The translations under genes were made by a program, and so were the position numbers. From positions 106,084,001 to 106,148,000 of the forward strand of contig NC_086108.1 in the NCBI RefSeq assembly GCF_963921235.1: a stretch of 64,000 bases of DNA, written 5' to 3'. How positions within the stretch are numbered: position 1 is the first letter of the stretch; each line of letters begins with the position of its first letter. The notes beneath the pieces were generated by a model that made no database searches, was not told the origin of the DNA, and saw only the letters and a list, made by a program, of their open reading frames with translations. The DNA is from Mobula hypostoma (taxonomy: Eukaryota). Below are positions 1-12,139 of the stretch, one piece after another.

Positions 1-112
1 TGTGATGGATCTGGTTGCGTTGACAGCCTCCTGCAGCCTTTGGTTCCTACATCCTACATTTTAATGTTACTTGTGGTAGAAAATTTCACATTCTAGCCAC
101 TCTCCTGGTAAG

Positions 113-2020
113 TCATAGACAGAGAGTCATAGAAAAGTACAGCACAGAAACAGGCCCGTCAGCCATCTAGTCTGTGCTAAACCATTTAAACTGCCTACTC
201 CCATTGAAATTATGGAATTGAAAAACTTACTGATTTAATCAATGACATTTATGAGACTGGAATAATATCAGAAGAGATGAAAAAAATCAGTATTTATCAC
301 TCTTCCTAAGAAACCTGGAGCAATAGAATGTGAATTACATAGGGCTGTAAGTTTAATGATACTTCTAAGAATTTTGATGACAAGAGCTAAAAGTAAGATA
401 CAAGCTGAAATAGGCAAAGAACAATGTGGTTTTGTGAAAGACAAAGGAACAAGAAACACAATATCGATGTTAAGGATACTATCAGAACGAGCTATTCAAG
501 TGCAAAAAGATTTGTTTGTTTGTTTTATCAACTACACAAAAGCATTTGATAAAGTGAAGCAGATTAAGCTATTTGAAATATTACAGGAAACTCCAGATCT
601 AGATTCAAAAGACCTCCACCTAATCAGAAATCTGTGCTGGGAACAGACTGCCGCTATAAGAATAGATGGAGAAGTGAGTCACTTTACGAAAATCAAGAGA
701 GGCATTAGACAAGGGTGTGTTTTCTCTCCTGATTTATTTAATGTGTACAGTGAAACAATTTTACAAAAAAATAAGAGACATCTTGGGATTCAAAGTTGGT
801 GGTGAAAACATCAATAATTTCAGATATGCGGATGACACTGCGTTAATTGCAAGTACGGAGGAAGAACTACAAAACTTAATATAGTTGTTGAAAGAAAGTG
901 CAAAAATGGGTCTATCTATCAATTGCAAAATATCAGAATGTATGGTGATATCCAAAAAGGAGAATCCTATCTGTAAGCTGAGGATAAATGGGGAAGACAT
1001 AAAACAAGTACAGAACTTCTGTTCCTCAGGAAGCTGGGTGACATCAGATGGCAGATGTGACATGGACATCAAAAGAAGAATAGGGATGGCAAAAGACACC
1101 TTTATGAGAATGAAGAGTATACTGACCAATACTAAACTAGGCATGACAACCCACCTCAGAGTACTGAAATGTTAACGTTTATTCAGTTGTGTTATATGGC
1201 TCAGAATGTTGGACAACATCTAGTAACATGAGGAAACAAATTGATGTAGCAGAGATATAGTTTTTGAGGAAGATGCAAAGAATATCATGGACAAAATGAA
1301 TATCTAACGAGGATGTCATGAACAGAACAAACACAAAAAGAGAAATAATGTAAGAGATTATGAAAAGGCAATGTAACTTCATTGGACATGTAATTAGGAA
1401 AGAGGAGTTAGAATGCACGGTAATTATGGGAAAGATTGAAGGGAAGAAAGCAAGAGGAAGTCAAAGACAAATGATGATGGAGACAGCAGCCAGAGATTTG
1501 GAAATGAATACCAATGAATTGATCCACTTGACCCGAAACAGGAGTGTGTGGGCCATGGCAGTCAAAGCTCAAACTGGGCATGGCACCTGATGATGATGAT
1601 GACTCCCATTGACTTGCACCAGGACAATAGCCTTCCATACCCCTACTATCCATGTACCAATCCAAACTTTGCTTAAACATCGAGATCAAGCTCATATGCA
1701 CCGCTTGTGCTGGCAGCTCATTTTACACTCTCATGATCCTTTGAGTGAAAATGTTTCCCCTCATGTTCCCCTTGAACATTTCACTTTTCACCCTTAACCC
1801 ATGACCTTTAGTTGTAGTCCCAGTCAACCTCAGTAGAAAAAGCCTGCTTGTATTTACCCTACCTGTACCCCTCATAATTTTGTATGCCTCTATCAAATCT
1901 CCTCTCAATCTTCTATGTTCCAAGGAATAAACTCCTAATCTATTCGATCTTCCCATATGACTCAGCTCCTCCAGTCCCAGCAACATTCCTATAAATTTTC
2001 TCTGTACTCTTTCAACTTTA
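113..2020 (-). mobile_element. CR1 LINE 3' fragment, interrupted by the RTE insertion at 208-1601
   Basis: ORF 1723..1986(-) LGVYSLEHRRLRGDLIEAYKIMRG is the CR1 ORF2 C-terminus; the 3' UTR/tail continues at 113-207 across the RTE TSD. Confidence 0.85.
208..1601 (+). mobile_element. 5'-truncated RTE-clade LINE (RT and C-terminus, frameshifted)
   Basis: EQCGF, NYTKAFDKV, GIRQGCVFSPDLFN, YADD (tatgcggatgac ~825), FIGHVIRK..GKIEGKK; (TGA)n tail 1588-1601; 11-bp TSD ACTCCCATTGA at 197-207 and 1602-1612. Confidence 0.95.
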
Positions 2021-2544
2021 CTTAGTATGTTTCTATCGGATTTCTTGTTGATAACTGTAGTTTTGAACTTTCATTCGTGTCTTGTACATCTGTGGAGTGA
2101 TTTTATTTTGTGTGATAGAATGGTTGTGAAGGAATGTATTCGTAATGATTCATCACTCTTTCGTTAGCTGAATAGTAAATGGAATGGCCCCATATCCACT
2201 CCCGAGATTGACATCTTGATGTTCCCCAGGCTTCTCCAGTCTGTAGAATGATCAATTTAACTTATTCTGCACACACTGTACCTGCTCATTCAATGTTTTT
2301 TATAATCTGTGTTCCCCTCTGACCCCGGTTCAATATCAACAACCTTTTCAGAAAGGAACTATTACAGGAATTCTGTGCTGTGAGTCGGTCCTTCATCCCA
2401 ATGCTCCTTGAGGACTTTCTTTTTCGTTTTTTATTCCACCTGATCTGCAGTCACAGATCTTGACCTACTCCAATGTTTATTCTTCCCTGTGTTCAGAGTA
2501 CTTGTCACCACCCTTCTGGTCTAACGTAGCATGCCCACACGTAA

Positions 2545-2722
2545 TAGCCCTGACCCATATGTCTTTGGAATGTTAGAGGGAACCCACATGGTCACAGAGA
2601 ACTCACCTGGAGGAAACCCACACGGTCACAGGGAGAACGTGCAAAATTCTTAAAGAAGGTGGTTGGAATCGAATTCTGATTAGTGATCACTGAAGCTGTA
2701 AAGTGATTGCATCAACCACTGC
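2545..2722 (-). mobile_element. tRNA-derived SINE (V-SINE/HE1-like), partial, with a short internal tandem duplication
   Basis: Core ggaggaaacccacacggtcacagggagaacg shared with SINEs at 14618, 31022, 55735 and 58965. Confidence 0.75.
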
Positions 2723-2811
2723 TTGCTTGCACATCCTCTTTCCTATTCTAAAGAAAGGATCCCCTCCTCCCAAGTTCTGTGTGTCCTGTGGTGAGTTATG
2801 ACGCCAATTGG

Positions 2812-3430
2812 CGGGAGGAGAAGATGGCAGTGTGCTGTGCGTGCGCAGCTCTCCGGTGAAAAATGATGTCGTATCTGTTAAATAGGGGCCGTGGACAATT
2901 CTGATTTGATGGAGAATAGACGTGAAAGCACAGAGGAACATCTGGAGAAATTTCTGAAACGCCTGTTCACTGCTGTCGTTACTATGTGGTCGGGAATCTT
3001 TCGGAGGGTAGGCCTCAAAATCCCCAGCCTTGCCTGCTTTTGGCAACTGAGAAGGAGGTCGAATCGTTCGGCAGAGATGCCTCTCAGTACTCGGTGTCGA
3101 AGAGCTGATCAGTGCTCGAAGTTTTCGGATGACTCAGAGTCGGATTGTGGTCGGCATGGCAGGGAGAGTTTTTCTTCCTTCTCCCGTCTGCGTGAGATGT
3201 GGAACATTTGAGAAACTTTGATCTTTACTGTGCTCACGGACTTTCTTTATCAAGTTATGGTATTGTTACACTGTTGTAACTATATGTTATAATTATGTGG
3301 TTTTGTCAGTTTTTCCAGTCTTGGTTTGTCCTGTGTTTTTGTGATATCACACCGGAGGAAATAATATATCATTTCTTAATGCATGCATTACTAAATGACA
3401 ATAAAAGGGGACTACGTGTCTTCATAATTT
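2812..3430 (+). mobile_element. ~620-bp non-autonomous retroelement, copy 1
   Basis: Starts ggaggagaagatggc, ends gacaataaa...cttcataat; colinear homologues at 28036-28645(-) and 39157-39840(+); no RT motifs. Confidence 0.85.
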
Positions 3431-3499
3431 AAAATTTGGGACCTGTAGACTCTAACACAGTTGGGGCAAGAGTGCCTGGCTGGACGGGCAAATGAGAAA

Positions 3500-3682
3500 T
3501 GCAAGAAGGCTTTTTTCACTGAGGTTGGGTGAGACTAGAACTAGACAGGTCATAGGCTAAGGGTGAAATGTGAAATATTTAAGGGGAACCTGAGGGGGAA
3601 CTTCTTCCTTCAGATGGTGGTTTGAGTGTGGAACAAGTTGCTAGTGGAAGTGGTAGATGCGGCTTTGATTTCAACATTTAAA
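3500..3682 (+). mobile_element. CR1 3' fragment
   Basis: gagactagaactag..ggtcataggctaagggtgaaa..gggaacttcttc matches the CR1 ORF2 end (TRGH..LRV..NFF). Confidence 0.7.
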
Positions 3683-3684
3683 AT

Positions 3685-5117
3685 GGGCAGTGAGAGAATG
3701 TTCATGGCCTTCTGACATTGTAGTTCATCCACTTCATGGTATAACATGACATGCGTTCAGAGATATTATACTTAATACTTTATAATACTTTATAATACTT
3801 ACTTTATACTTTATTGTCGCCAAACAATTGATACTAGAATGTACAATCATCATAGCGATATTTGATTCTGCGCTTCCTACTCCCTGGATTACAAATCGAT
3901 AGTAAATATTAAAAATTTAAATTATAAATCATAAATAGAAAATAGAAAAATGGAAAGTAAGGTAGTGCAAAAAATCTGAGATGCAGTTCCGGATATTTGG
4001 AGGGTATGGCCCAGATCTGGTCAGGATCCGTTCAGCTGTCTTATCACAGTTGGAAAGAAGCTGTTCCCAAATCTGGCCGTACGAGTCTTCAAGCTCCTGA
4101 GCCTTCTCCCGGAGGGAAGATGGATGAAAAGTGTGTTGGCTGGGTGGGTCGTGTCCTTGATTATCCTGGCAGCACTGCTCCGACAGCGTGCGGTGTAAAG
4201 TGAGTCCAAGGACGGAAGATTGGTTTGTGTGATGCGCTGCACCGTGTTCACAATCTTCTGCAGCTTCTTCCGGTCTTGGACAGGACAACTTCCATACCAG
4301 GTTGTGATGCACCCTAGAAGAATGTTTTCTACAGTGCATCTATAAAAATTAGTGAGGGTTTTAGTGGACAGGCCAAATTTCTTTAGTTTTCTCAGGAAGT
4401 AAAGGCACTGGTGGGCCTTCTTGGCAGTGGACTCTGCTTGGTTGGACCAAGTCAGGTCATTTGTGATATTGACTCCGAGGAGCTTTTGACCTGTTCCACT
4501 TGCGCACCACTGATGTAAATTGGGTCGTGTGGTCCGCTACTCCTTCTGAAGTCAACAACCAATTCCATCGTCTTGCTGACGTTGAGGGATAGGTTATTGT
4601 CTTCGCACCATGCCACCAGGGTCTTAATTTCCTCTCTGTACTCAAACTCATCATTACCCAAGATATGGCCTACAATTGTTGTGTCATCAGCAAACTTATA
4701 TATTGATTTCGATGGAAACTTCTGATGCTCTTCTGCACACCACTCTTGTAATGAGGTTATTTAAGTTGTTAGCGCCTTCCTGTAAGCTTGAACCAGTCTT
4801 GTCATTCTCTTCTAGCCTCCTTCAATAACAGTGACTGCCACTCACTGGATGTTTTTTGTTTCTCACACCATACTCTGTAAAAGTTGTGCATGAAAATCGC
4901 AGGAGATCAGCAGTTTCAAAGATACCAACAACCATTCTATGCTTAAAGTCACTTCGATTACATTTCTTTCCCATTCTGAAGTTTGGTCTGAGCAACAACT
5001 GAACTACTTGACCACTGCATGCTCTTATGTATTGAGCTGCTACCACATGATTGGCTGATTAGATATTTGCATTCATGAACAGGTGTACAGGTGTGGCTAA
5101 CCAGTGGCCACTGTGTG
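3685..5117 (-). mobile_element. Internally deleted Tc1/mariner transposon, split by a Rex LINE
   Basis: ORF 4822..5046 MGKKCNRSDFKHRMVVG..ETADLLRFSCTT is a Tc1 N-terminal HTH; TIR-like cagtggccactgtgtg followed by TA; cagagat|gctcttctgcacac rejoins across 3765-4722. Confidence 0.85.
3765..4722 (-). mobile_element. Rex1/Babar LINE 3' portion
   Basis: KFADD (gtgtcatcagcaaac 4681), WCEDNNLSLNVSKTMELVVDFRR, LPSGRRLRSLKTRTARFGNSFFP; (AAGTATA)n-like tail at 3765-3812. Confidence 0.92.
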
Positions 5118-5699
5118 TATGTTGACCCAAATACTATGGTGGAGATATTCATTTGCTTTTCTTCCAACTAAAAATATCAGCTCTGATAATACAGAACTGG
5201 ATTTCCAAACTGGATTTTTCCTACAGACCTCTGAACATCATTGCCCATTTGATGTGAAATTATATAATGCTTGCTTCTTTCGAGATCTGGCTCAGCTCTG
5301 GATTAACTCTAGCTTTTGTTTTGTGTTAGATTTATTGATAGGGATCTTGAGAACTGTGCACAAAATCAAAATACCTCATACTTCTACAACCATCCTTTCA
5401 AAGCCTGATACGTTTGAGCCCTTTTGCAGCAGGAAGTGAAATTTATCTGGCTAAGGGAGGTCAATAGATATTCGTTAGATGCAGGTATCAATAGATGTGA
5501 CATAAAGGTGAATGAAGTTGAGGATCAGGAAGGCTTTTGATCTAACAGAATGTAGAGCACACTCAACAGAGGGAAGATCTACTCCTTGATCAAGTATGAA
5601 TTTAGTATAAGAAGTGAAGATGAGGTGCCTTCATACATGACTTTAAAAACACTGTTGATGTTGGAATTGAAGGAAGCATTGAGCACAAGCAGATGTGGG

Positions 5700-7877
5700 A
5701 AGACCATAAGACTATAAAACACCGACGCAAAATTAGGTCATTTGGCCTATTAAGTGTGATCCACCATTCAGTCATGGGTGATTTATTATTTCCCTCAATC
5801 CTATTCTACTATCCTCTGTCCATAGTCTTTGATGCCGTGACTAATCAAAGTTTGAAGTACATTTATTATCCAAGTATTCATACGTTATACAACTATGAGC
5901 TTCATCTCCTTACAGGTATCCACAAAACGAAGAAACCCAAAAGAACACTAAAAAAGACTGACAAATACCCAAAGAGCAGAGAGAATCTAAAAAAAGCAAA
6001 TCATACAACCAAAAAAGTAAGCAAACAGCAAATATTCTGATGCTGTGTTCTCTCGTTTTGGACTCTTCCACCATAGGAAACATCTTTTCCACATCCATTA
6101 GATCATAGAGAATGGCGCTGCTGGCTTGAAGGGCTGAATGGCCTACTCCTGCACCTATTGACTAATGATCAAGGACTTTCCCCATTCAATAGGTTTCAAT
6201 GAGGTCACCTCTCATTCTTCTGAATTCCAGTGAATACAAGGCCGGAACCATCAAACACTCTTCATATGACAAGCCGTTTAATCCTGGAATAATTTTTGTG
6301 AACCTTCTTTGAACCCTCTCCAGTTTCAGCACACCGTTTCAAAGCTAAGATGCCCAAACCTGCTCACAATACTCCAACCAAGGTGTCATTTGTGCTTTAT
6401 AATGTCTCAACATTACATCCTTGCTTTTATATTCTAGTCCTCGTGAAATGAATGCTAACATTGCATTTGTCTTCCTTACCACAGACTTAACTTGCAAATT
6501 AACTTTTAGGGAATCCTGCACAAGGATTCCTAAGTCCCTTTATACCTCAGCTTTTGTACTTTCTCTCCATTTAGAAAATAGTCAACCCTTTCATTTCTTC
6601 TAAGTGCATGAACATCCACTTCCCGAAACTGCGTTCCATCTGCCATTTCTTTGTCTATTCTCTGAAGCTGTCTAAGTCTTTCTGAAGCCTCACTACTTCC
6701 TCAAAACTACCTGCCCTCCACCTGTCTTCCTATCATCTTCAAATTCTGCTACATCAATTAGATCACCCAAATCATTGACTTATAACAGAAAAAGAATCGG
6801 TCTCAACACAGACCTCTGTGGAATTCTACTAGTCACCAGCAGTCAGCCAAAAAAGGCTCCCCTTCTTCCTACCCTTTGCCTCCTGCCAATCAGCCACTGC
6901 TTTATCTATTTGAGAATATTTTGTGAAATGCCACGGGCTTGTAGCTTGTTAAGCAGCCTTATGTGTGGCATCTTATTGTGGTGGCATCCGTTAGACTCGC
7001 GAGACCATGGATCTGCGCCTGGAAAGTCTTGCTTCAGTCTGTGTTAGAGCAGTGTCTGTTGTGGCTGTAGAGGCCCACACGGGAGTGACAGTCTCGGCTG
7101 CATCGACTGCAGTTGAAGGCGCTGTCCTCTGGTGTTATCTTGGTGCTGTTTTTCTGACGAGTGCGCTTTTCTTCAGCAGCAAGCCTCAGCTTCTCTTCTC
7201 CTCTTTTTAGGCCTCTGCGTAGTTCCAGCCTCCAGTGAGGGCGATTGCTTGCGATGTCCTTCCACCTCTCGACGTTCATTTTCAGTGACTTCATGTCTCT
7301 CTTGCAAACGACTTTGAAACGAAGATGGGGCCGCCCTTGTGCTCTCTTGCCAGAGGCCAGTTCCCCGTACAGCAGGTCTTTCGGGATCCTCCCGTCTGAC
7401 ATGCGGTGTACGTGGCCCAGCCAGCGTGGACTGACTGAGTCACCAACAATGAGGTCCTGGCCTGCGCCCAAATACCCAGCCTCTTATTAAGGCACCTTAT
7501 TAAGGCCCTTCAAAAAATCCAAGTACACAACATCAACCAATTCTCCTTTGTCTATCCTGCTTGTTATACCTTCAAAGATATCCAAAAGACTAGTCAGGCA
7601 AGATTTTCCTTTGAGTAGACCATGCTGACTATGGCTTATTTTATCATGTGCCTCCAATTACCCTGAGACCTCATCCTTAATAATCGACTCCAACATCTTC
7701 TCACCCACTGAGGTCAGACTAACTGGATTACAGTTTCTTTTCTTCTGCCTCTCTCCCTTCTTGAAAAGTGGCGTGACATTTGCAATTTTCCAGTCTTCTG
7801 GAACCATTCCAGAATCTAGTGATTCTTGAAAGATCATTACTAATGCCTCCACGATCTCTTCAGTCACTTCTTTCAGT
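5700..7877 (-). mobile_element. Degenerate CR1 LINE (ORF2 3' half and tail) hosting nested insertions at ~5849-6035, ~6100-6168 and 6978-7490
   Basis: ORF 7658..7867 VPEDWKIANVTPLFKKG..NPVSLTSV; ORF 5910..6098 MFPMVEESKTREHS; colinear with the CR1s at 49943 and 59495. Confidence 0.88.
6978..7490 (-). mobile_element. RTE-BovB-like LINE 3' end with a 5' inversion
   Basis: RWLGHVHRMSDGRIPKDLLYGELASGKRAQGRPHLRFK..CSRDCHSRVGLYSH; inverted upstream piece 7427-7486; imperfect TSD GGCA(T/C)CTTATT at 6967-6977 and 7491-7501. Confidence 0.92.
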
Positions 7878-10800
7878 CTGGCCCTGTGGCTCAGAAGGGT
7901 AGACTCGCGAGACCATGGATCTGCGCCTAGGAAGAGGGTGGCAGCAGTGATAGGGGACTCTATAGTTAGGGGATCAGACAGGTGATTCTGTGGACGCAGG
8001 AAAGAAACACGAATAGTAGTTTGCCTCCCAGGTGCCAGAGTCTGGGATGTTTCTGATCGCGTCCATCATATCCTGAACTGGGAAGGTGAACAGCCAAATG
8101 TAGTGGTACATATTGATACCAACGACATAGGTAGGAAAAAGGAGGAGGTCCTGAAAACAGACTACAGGGAATAAGAAAAGAAGGATCACAAGGGTAGTGA
8201 TCTCGGGCTTACTGCCTGTGTCACGTGACAGTGAGTATAGGAATAGAGTAAGGTGGAGGATAAATGCGTGGCTGAGGGATTGGAGCAGGGGGCAGAGATT
8301 CAGTTTTCTGGATCTTTGGGACCTCCTTTGGGGCAGGAGTGACCTGTACAATAAGTTGCACTCTAATCCGAGGGGGACCAATATCCTGGCAGGGAGGTTT
8401 GCTAAGACTATTGGGGAGAGTTTAAACTAGAATTGCTGGGAGGTGGGAACCGAACTGGGGAGATGGAGGAAGGGGCTGTTGGCTCACAAATAGAGAAAGC
8501 TTGTAGGCAGTGCGAGAGGGGATGCGCTCAGACTGATGACTTGAGATGTGTCTATTTTAATGCAAGGAGTATCATGAACAAAATGGATGAGCTTAGAGCG
8601 TGGATCAGTACTTGGAGCTATGATGTTGTGGCCATTACAGAGACTTGGATGGCTCAGGGGCAGGAATGGCTACTTAGAGTGCCAGGTTTTAGATGTTTCA
8701 GAAAGGACAGGGAGGGGAGCTAAAGATGTCTGGGCATGACACTGCTGATCAGAAATAGTGGCACGGCAACAGAAAAGGAGGAAGTCATGGAGGGATTGTC
8801 TACTGAGTCTCTGTGGATGGAAGTTAGAAACAGGAAGGGGTCAATGACTTTACTGGGTGTTTTTTATTGATCACCCAATAGGAACAGGGATATTGAGGAG
8901 CAGATAGGGAGACGGTGCAATAATAACGGGGTTGTCGTGATGGGAGATTATAATTTCCCCAATATTGATCGATATCTCTCTAGGTCAAGGAGTTTAGATG
9001 GGGTGGAGTTTATTAGGTGTGTTCAGGAAGGTTTCTTGACACAATATGTAGACAAGCGTTCAAGAGGAGAGACTGTACTTGATTTGGTATTGGGAAATGA
9101 ACCTGGTCAGGTTTCAGATCTCTCAGTGGGAGAGCATTTTGGAGATAGTGATCACAATTCTATCTCATTTGAGAGAGACAGGAACAGACAAGTTAGCAAA
9201 GTGTTTAATTGGAGTAAAGGGAAATATGAAGCTATCAGGCAGGAAATTGGAAGCTCAAAATGGGAACAGATGTTCTCAGGGAAAAGTACAGCAGAAATGT
9301 GGCAAATGTTCAGGGGATATTTGCATGGCGTTCTGCATAGGTATGTTCCAATGAGACAGGGTACATGAACCATGGTGTACATAGGCTGTTGAAAATCTAG
9401 TCCAGAAGAAAAGGAAAGCTTACAAAAGATTAAAAAAACTAGGTAATGGTAAAGATCTAGAAAATTATAAGGCTAGCAGGAAAGAGCTTAAGAATGAAAT
9501 TAAGAGAGCCAGAAGGGGTCATGAGAAGGCCTTGGTGAGCAGGATTAAGGAAAATCCCAAGGCATTCTACAAGTATGTGAAGAACAAGAGTATAAGACGT
9601 GAGAGAATAGGACCAATCAAGTGTGACAGTGGAAAAGTGTGTATGGAACCAGAGAAGATAGCTGAGGTACCTAGTGAATACTATGCTTCAGTATTCACTA
9701 CAGAAAAGGATCTTGGTGATTGTAGTGATGACTTACAGCAGAATGAAAAGCTTGAGCATACAGACATTAAGAAAGAGGATATGCTGGAGCTTTTGGAAAG
9801 CATCAAGTTGGATGTGTCACTGGGACCGAAAGAGATATACCCCAGGCTACTGTGGGGAGTGAGGCAAGAGATTGCTGATCCTCTGGCAATGATCCTTGCA
9901 ACATCAATGGGGAGGGGAGAGGTTCTGGAGGATTGGTGGGCTGCAGATGATGTTCTCCTATTCTAGAAAAGGAGTAGAGATAGCCCAGGAAGTTATAGAC
10001 CAGTGAGGCTTACTTCAGTGGTTGGTATGTTGATGGAGAAGATCCTGAGAGGCAGGATTTATGAACATTTGGAGAGGCATAATATGATTAGGAATAGTCA
10101 GCATGGCTTTGTCAAAGGCAGGTCATGCCTTAAAAGCCTAACTGAATTTTTTGAGGATATGACTAATCACATTGATGAAGGTAGAGCTGTAGATGTCATG
10201 TATATGACTTTCGGCAAGACATTTGACAAGGTACCCCATGCAAGGCTTATTGAGAAAGTAAGGAGGCATGGGATCCAGGGGGACATTGCTTTGTGGATTA
10301 AGAATTGGCTTGCCCACAGAAGGCAAAGAGTGGTTGTAGACAGTTCATATTCTGCATGGAGGTTGGTGACCGGTGGTGTGCCTCAGGGATCTGTCCTGGG
10401 ACCCCTTCTCTTCATGATTTTTATAAATGACCTGGATGAGGAAGTGGTGGGATGGGTTAGTAAATTTGCTGATGACACGAAGGTTGGGGGTGTTGTGGAT
10501 AGTGTGGAGGGCTGACAGAGGTTACAGTGGGACATTGATAGGATGGAAAACTGGGCTGAGAATTAGCAGATGGAGTTCAACCCAGATAAGTGTGAGGCGC
10601 TTCGTTTTGGTAGTTCAAATATGAGTATAGTATTAATGGTAAGCCTGTTAGCAGTGTGGATGATCAGAGGGATCTTGGAGTCCGAGTCCATAGGACACTC
10701 AAAGCTTCTGCACATGTTGACGGTGTGGTTAAGAAGGCATACGGTGTATTGGCCTTCATCAACCGTGGGATTGAGTTCAAGAGCCGAGAGGTGACGTTAC

Positions 10801-11346
10801 AGCTATATAGGACCCTGGTCAGACCCCACTTGGAGTACCATGCTCATTTCTGGTCACCTCCTGTCAGGAAGGATGTGGAAACAATAGAAAGGATGCAGAG
10901 GAGATTTACAAGGATGTTGCCTGGATTGGGGAGCATGTCTTATGAGAATAGGTTGAGTGAGCTTAGCCTTTTCTCCTTGGAGCGACGGAGGATGAGAGGT
11001 GACCTGATAGAGGTATATAAGATTATGAGAGGCATTATTCATGTGGATAGTCAGAGGCTTTTTCCCAGGGCTGAAATGGTTAACATGAGAGGACACAGTT
11101 TTAAGGTGCTTGGAGGTAGGTACAGAGGAGATGTCAGGGGTAAGTTTTTTACACAGAGATTGGTGAGTGCATGGAATGGGCTGCCGGCGACTGCAGGTAC
11201 TACAGGGTCTTTTAAGAGATTCTTGGATAGGTACATGGAGCTTAGAAAAATAGAGGGCTATGTGTAACCTAGGTAATTTCTAATGTAAGTACGTGTTGAC
11301 CTAAGGGCCTGTATTGTGCTGTAGGCTTTCTATGTTTCTATGTCTA
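7878..11346 (+). mobile_element. Near full-length CR1 LINE (SGNH-esterase ORF1 plus APE-RT ORF2), inactivated
   Basis: VIGDSIVRG at ~7947 and LHSNPRG (SGNH blocks); [64 protein letters not shown]; tail tttctatgtttctatg; many stops and frameshifts. Confidence 0.95.
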
Positions 11347-11349
11347 ACC

Positions 11350-11935
11350 CTGACTATCTTGTCCTTCAAACTTTCAGTTTCCAAAGATCCTTCTTTCTAG
11401 TTATGGTAACTTCATACACTCATGCCCCCTGACACTGGAACTTCCACCATCCTGCTAGTGCCTTTCACAATGAAGACTGACATAAAATACTTATTCAGTT
11501 CATCTGTCAATTTGTTGACCCCCGTTACTATCTCTCCAACATCATCTACAAGCAGCCTGATATCCACCTTCACCTCTCTTTTACACTTCATATATCTGAA
11601 GAAACTTTTGGTATCCTCTTTAAGAATATAGGTTAGCTTACTTTCATCTTCCATCTTTACTTCTTTGTTGACTTCTTTACTTACCTTCTGTTGGTACTTG
11701 AAAGCTTCCCAGTCCTCTAACTTCCCACTAATTTTTGGTCTATTATATGCCCTCTCTTTGGCTTTTATGTTGACTTTGATTTCTCTTGTTGGCCATGATT
11801 GTGCCATTTTCTCCTTGAGAATACTTCTTCCTCTTTGTCATTTATATATCCTGTGCCTTCTGAATTGCTTCTGGAAATTCCAGCCACTGCCGTTCTGCCA
11901 TCATCCCTGCCAGTGTTCTTTTCCAATCAATTCTG
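11350..11935 (-). mobile_element. CR1 ORF2 internal fragment
   Basis: ORF 11412..11807 KAKERAYN..EDWEAFK..KEDTKSFFRY..ELNKYFMSVF, homologous to ORF 50232..51917. Confidence 0.85.
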
Positions 11936-12139
11936 GAGCACGCAATTATGGAGCAGTGCCATCTTAAGCTGGAAAATCAACAACAATAGGTTTTATTTTC
12001 CCCAAGTTCATTCACAGAATTGGCTGGGTCAGATGATATTTCCAATAATTGTTTATCCATTGTCTCAGAGCTGTTTGCCGTTAACTATAATTCTAGACCT
12101 GAAGGTTATGTAAAGGTTGAGCCTAATAAATTTGAGGAA

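Noticed and set aside
2687..3211. Recurring peptides MPKAGKA.. and MDNSDLMEN.. as a new protein family
   Set aside because: They recur because the DNA repeat recurs; stops and frames differ between copies
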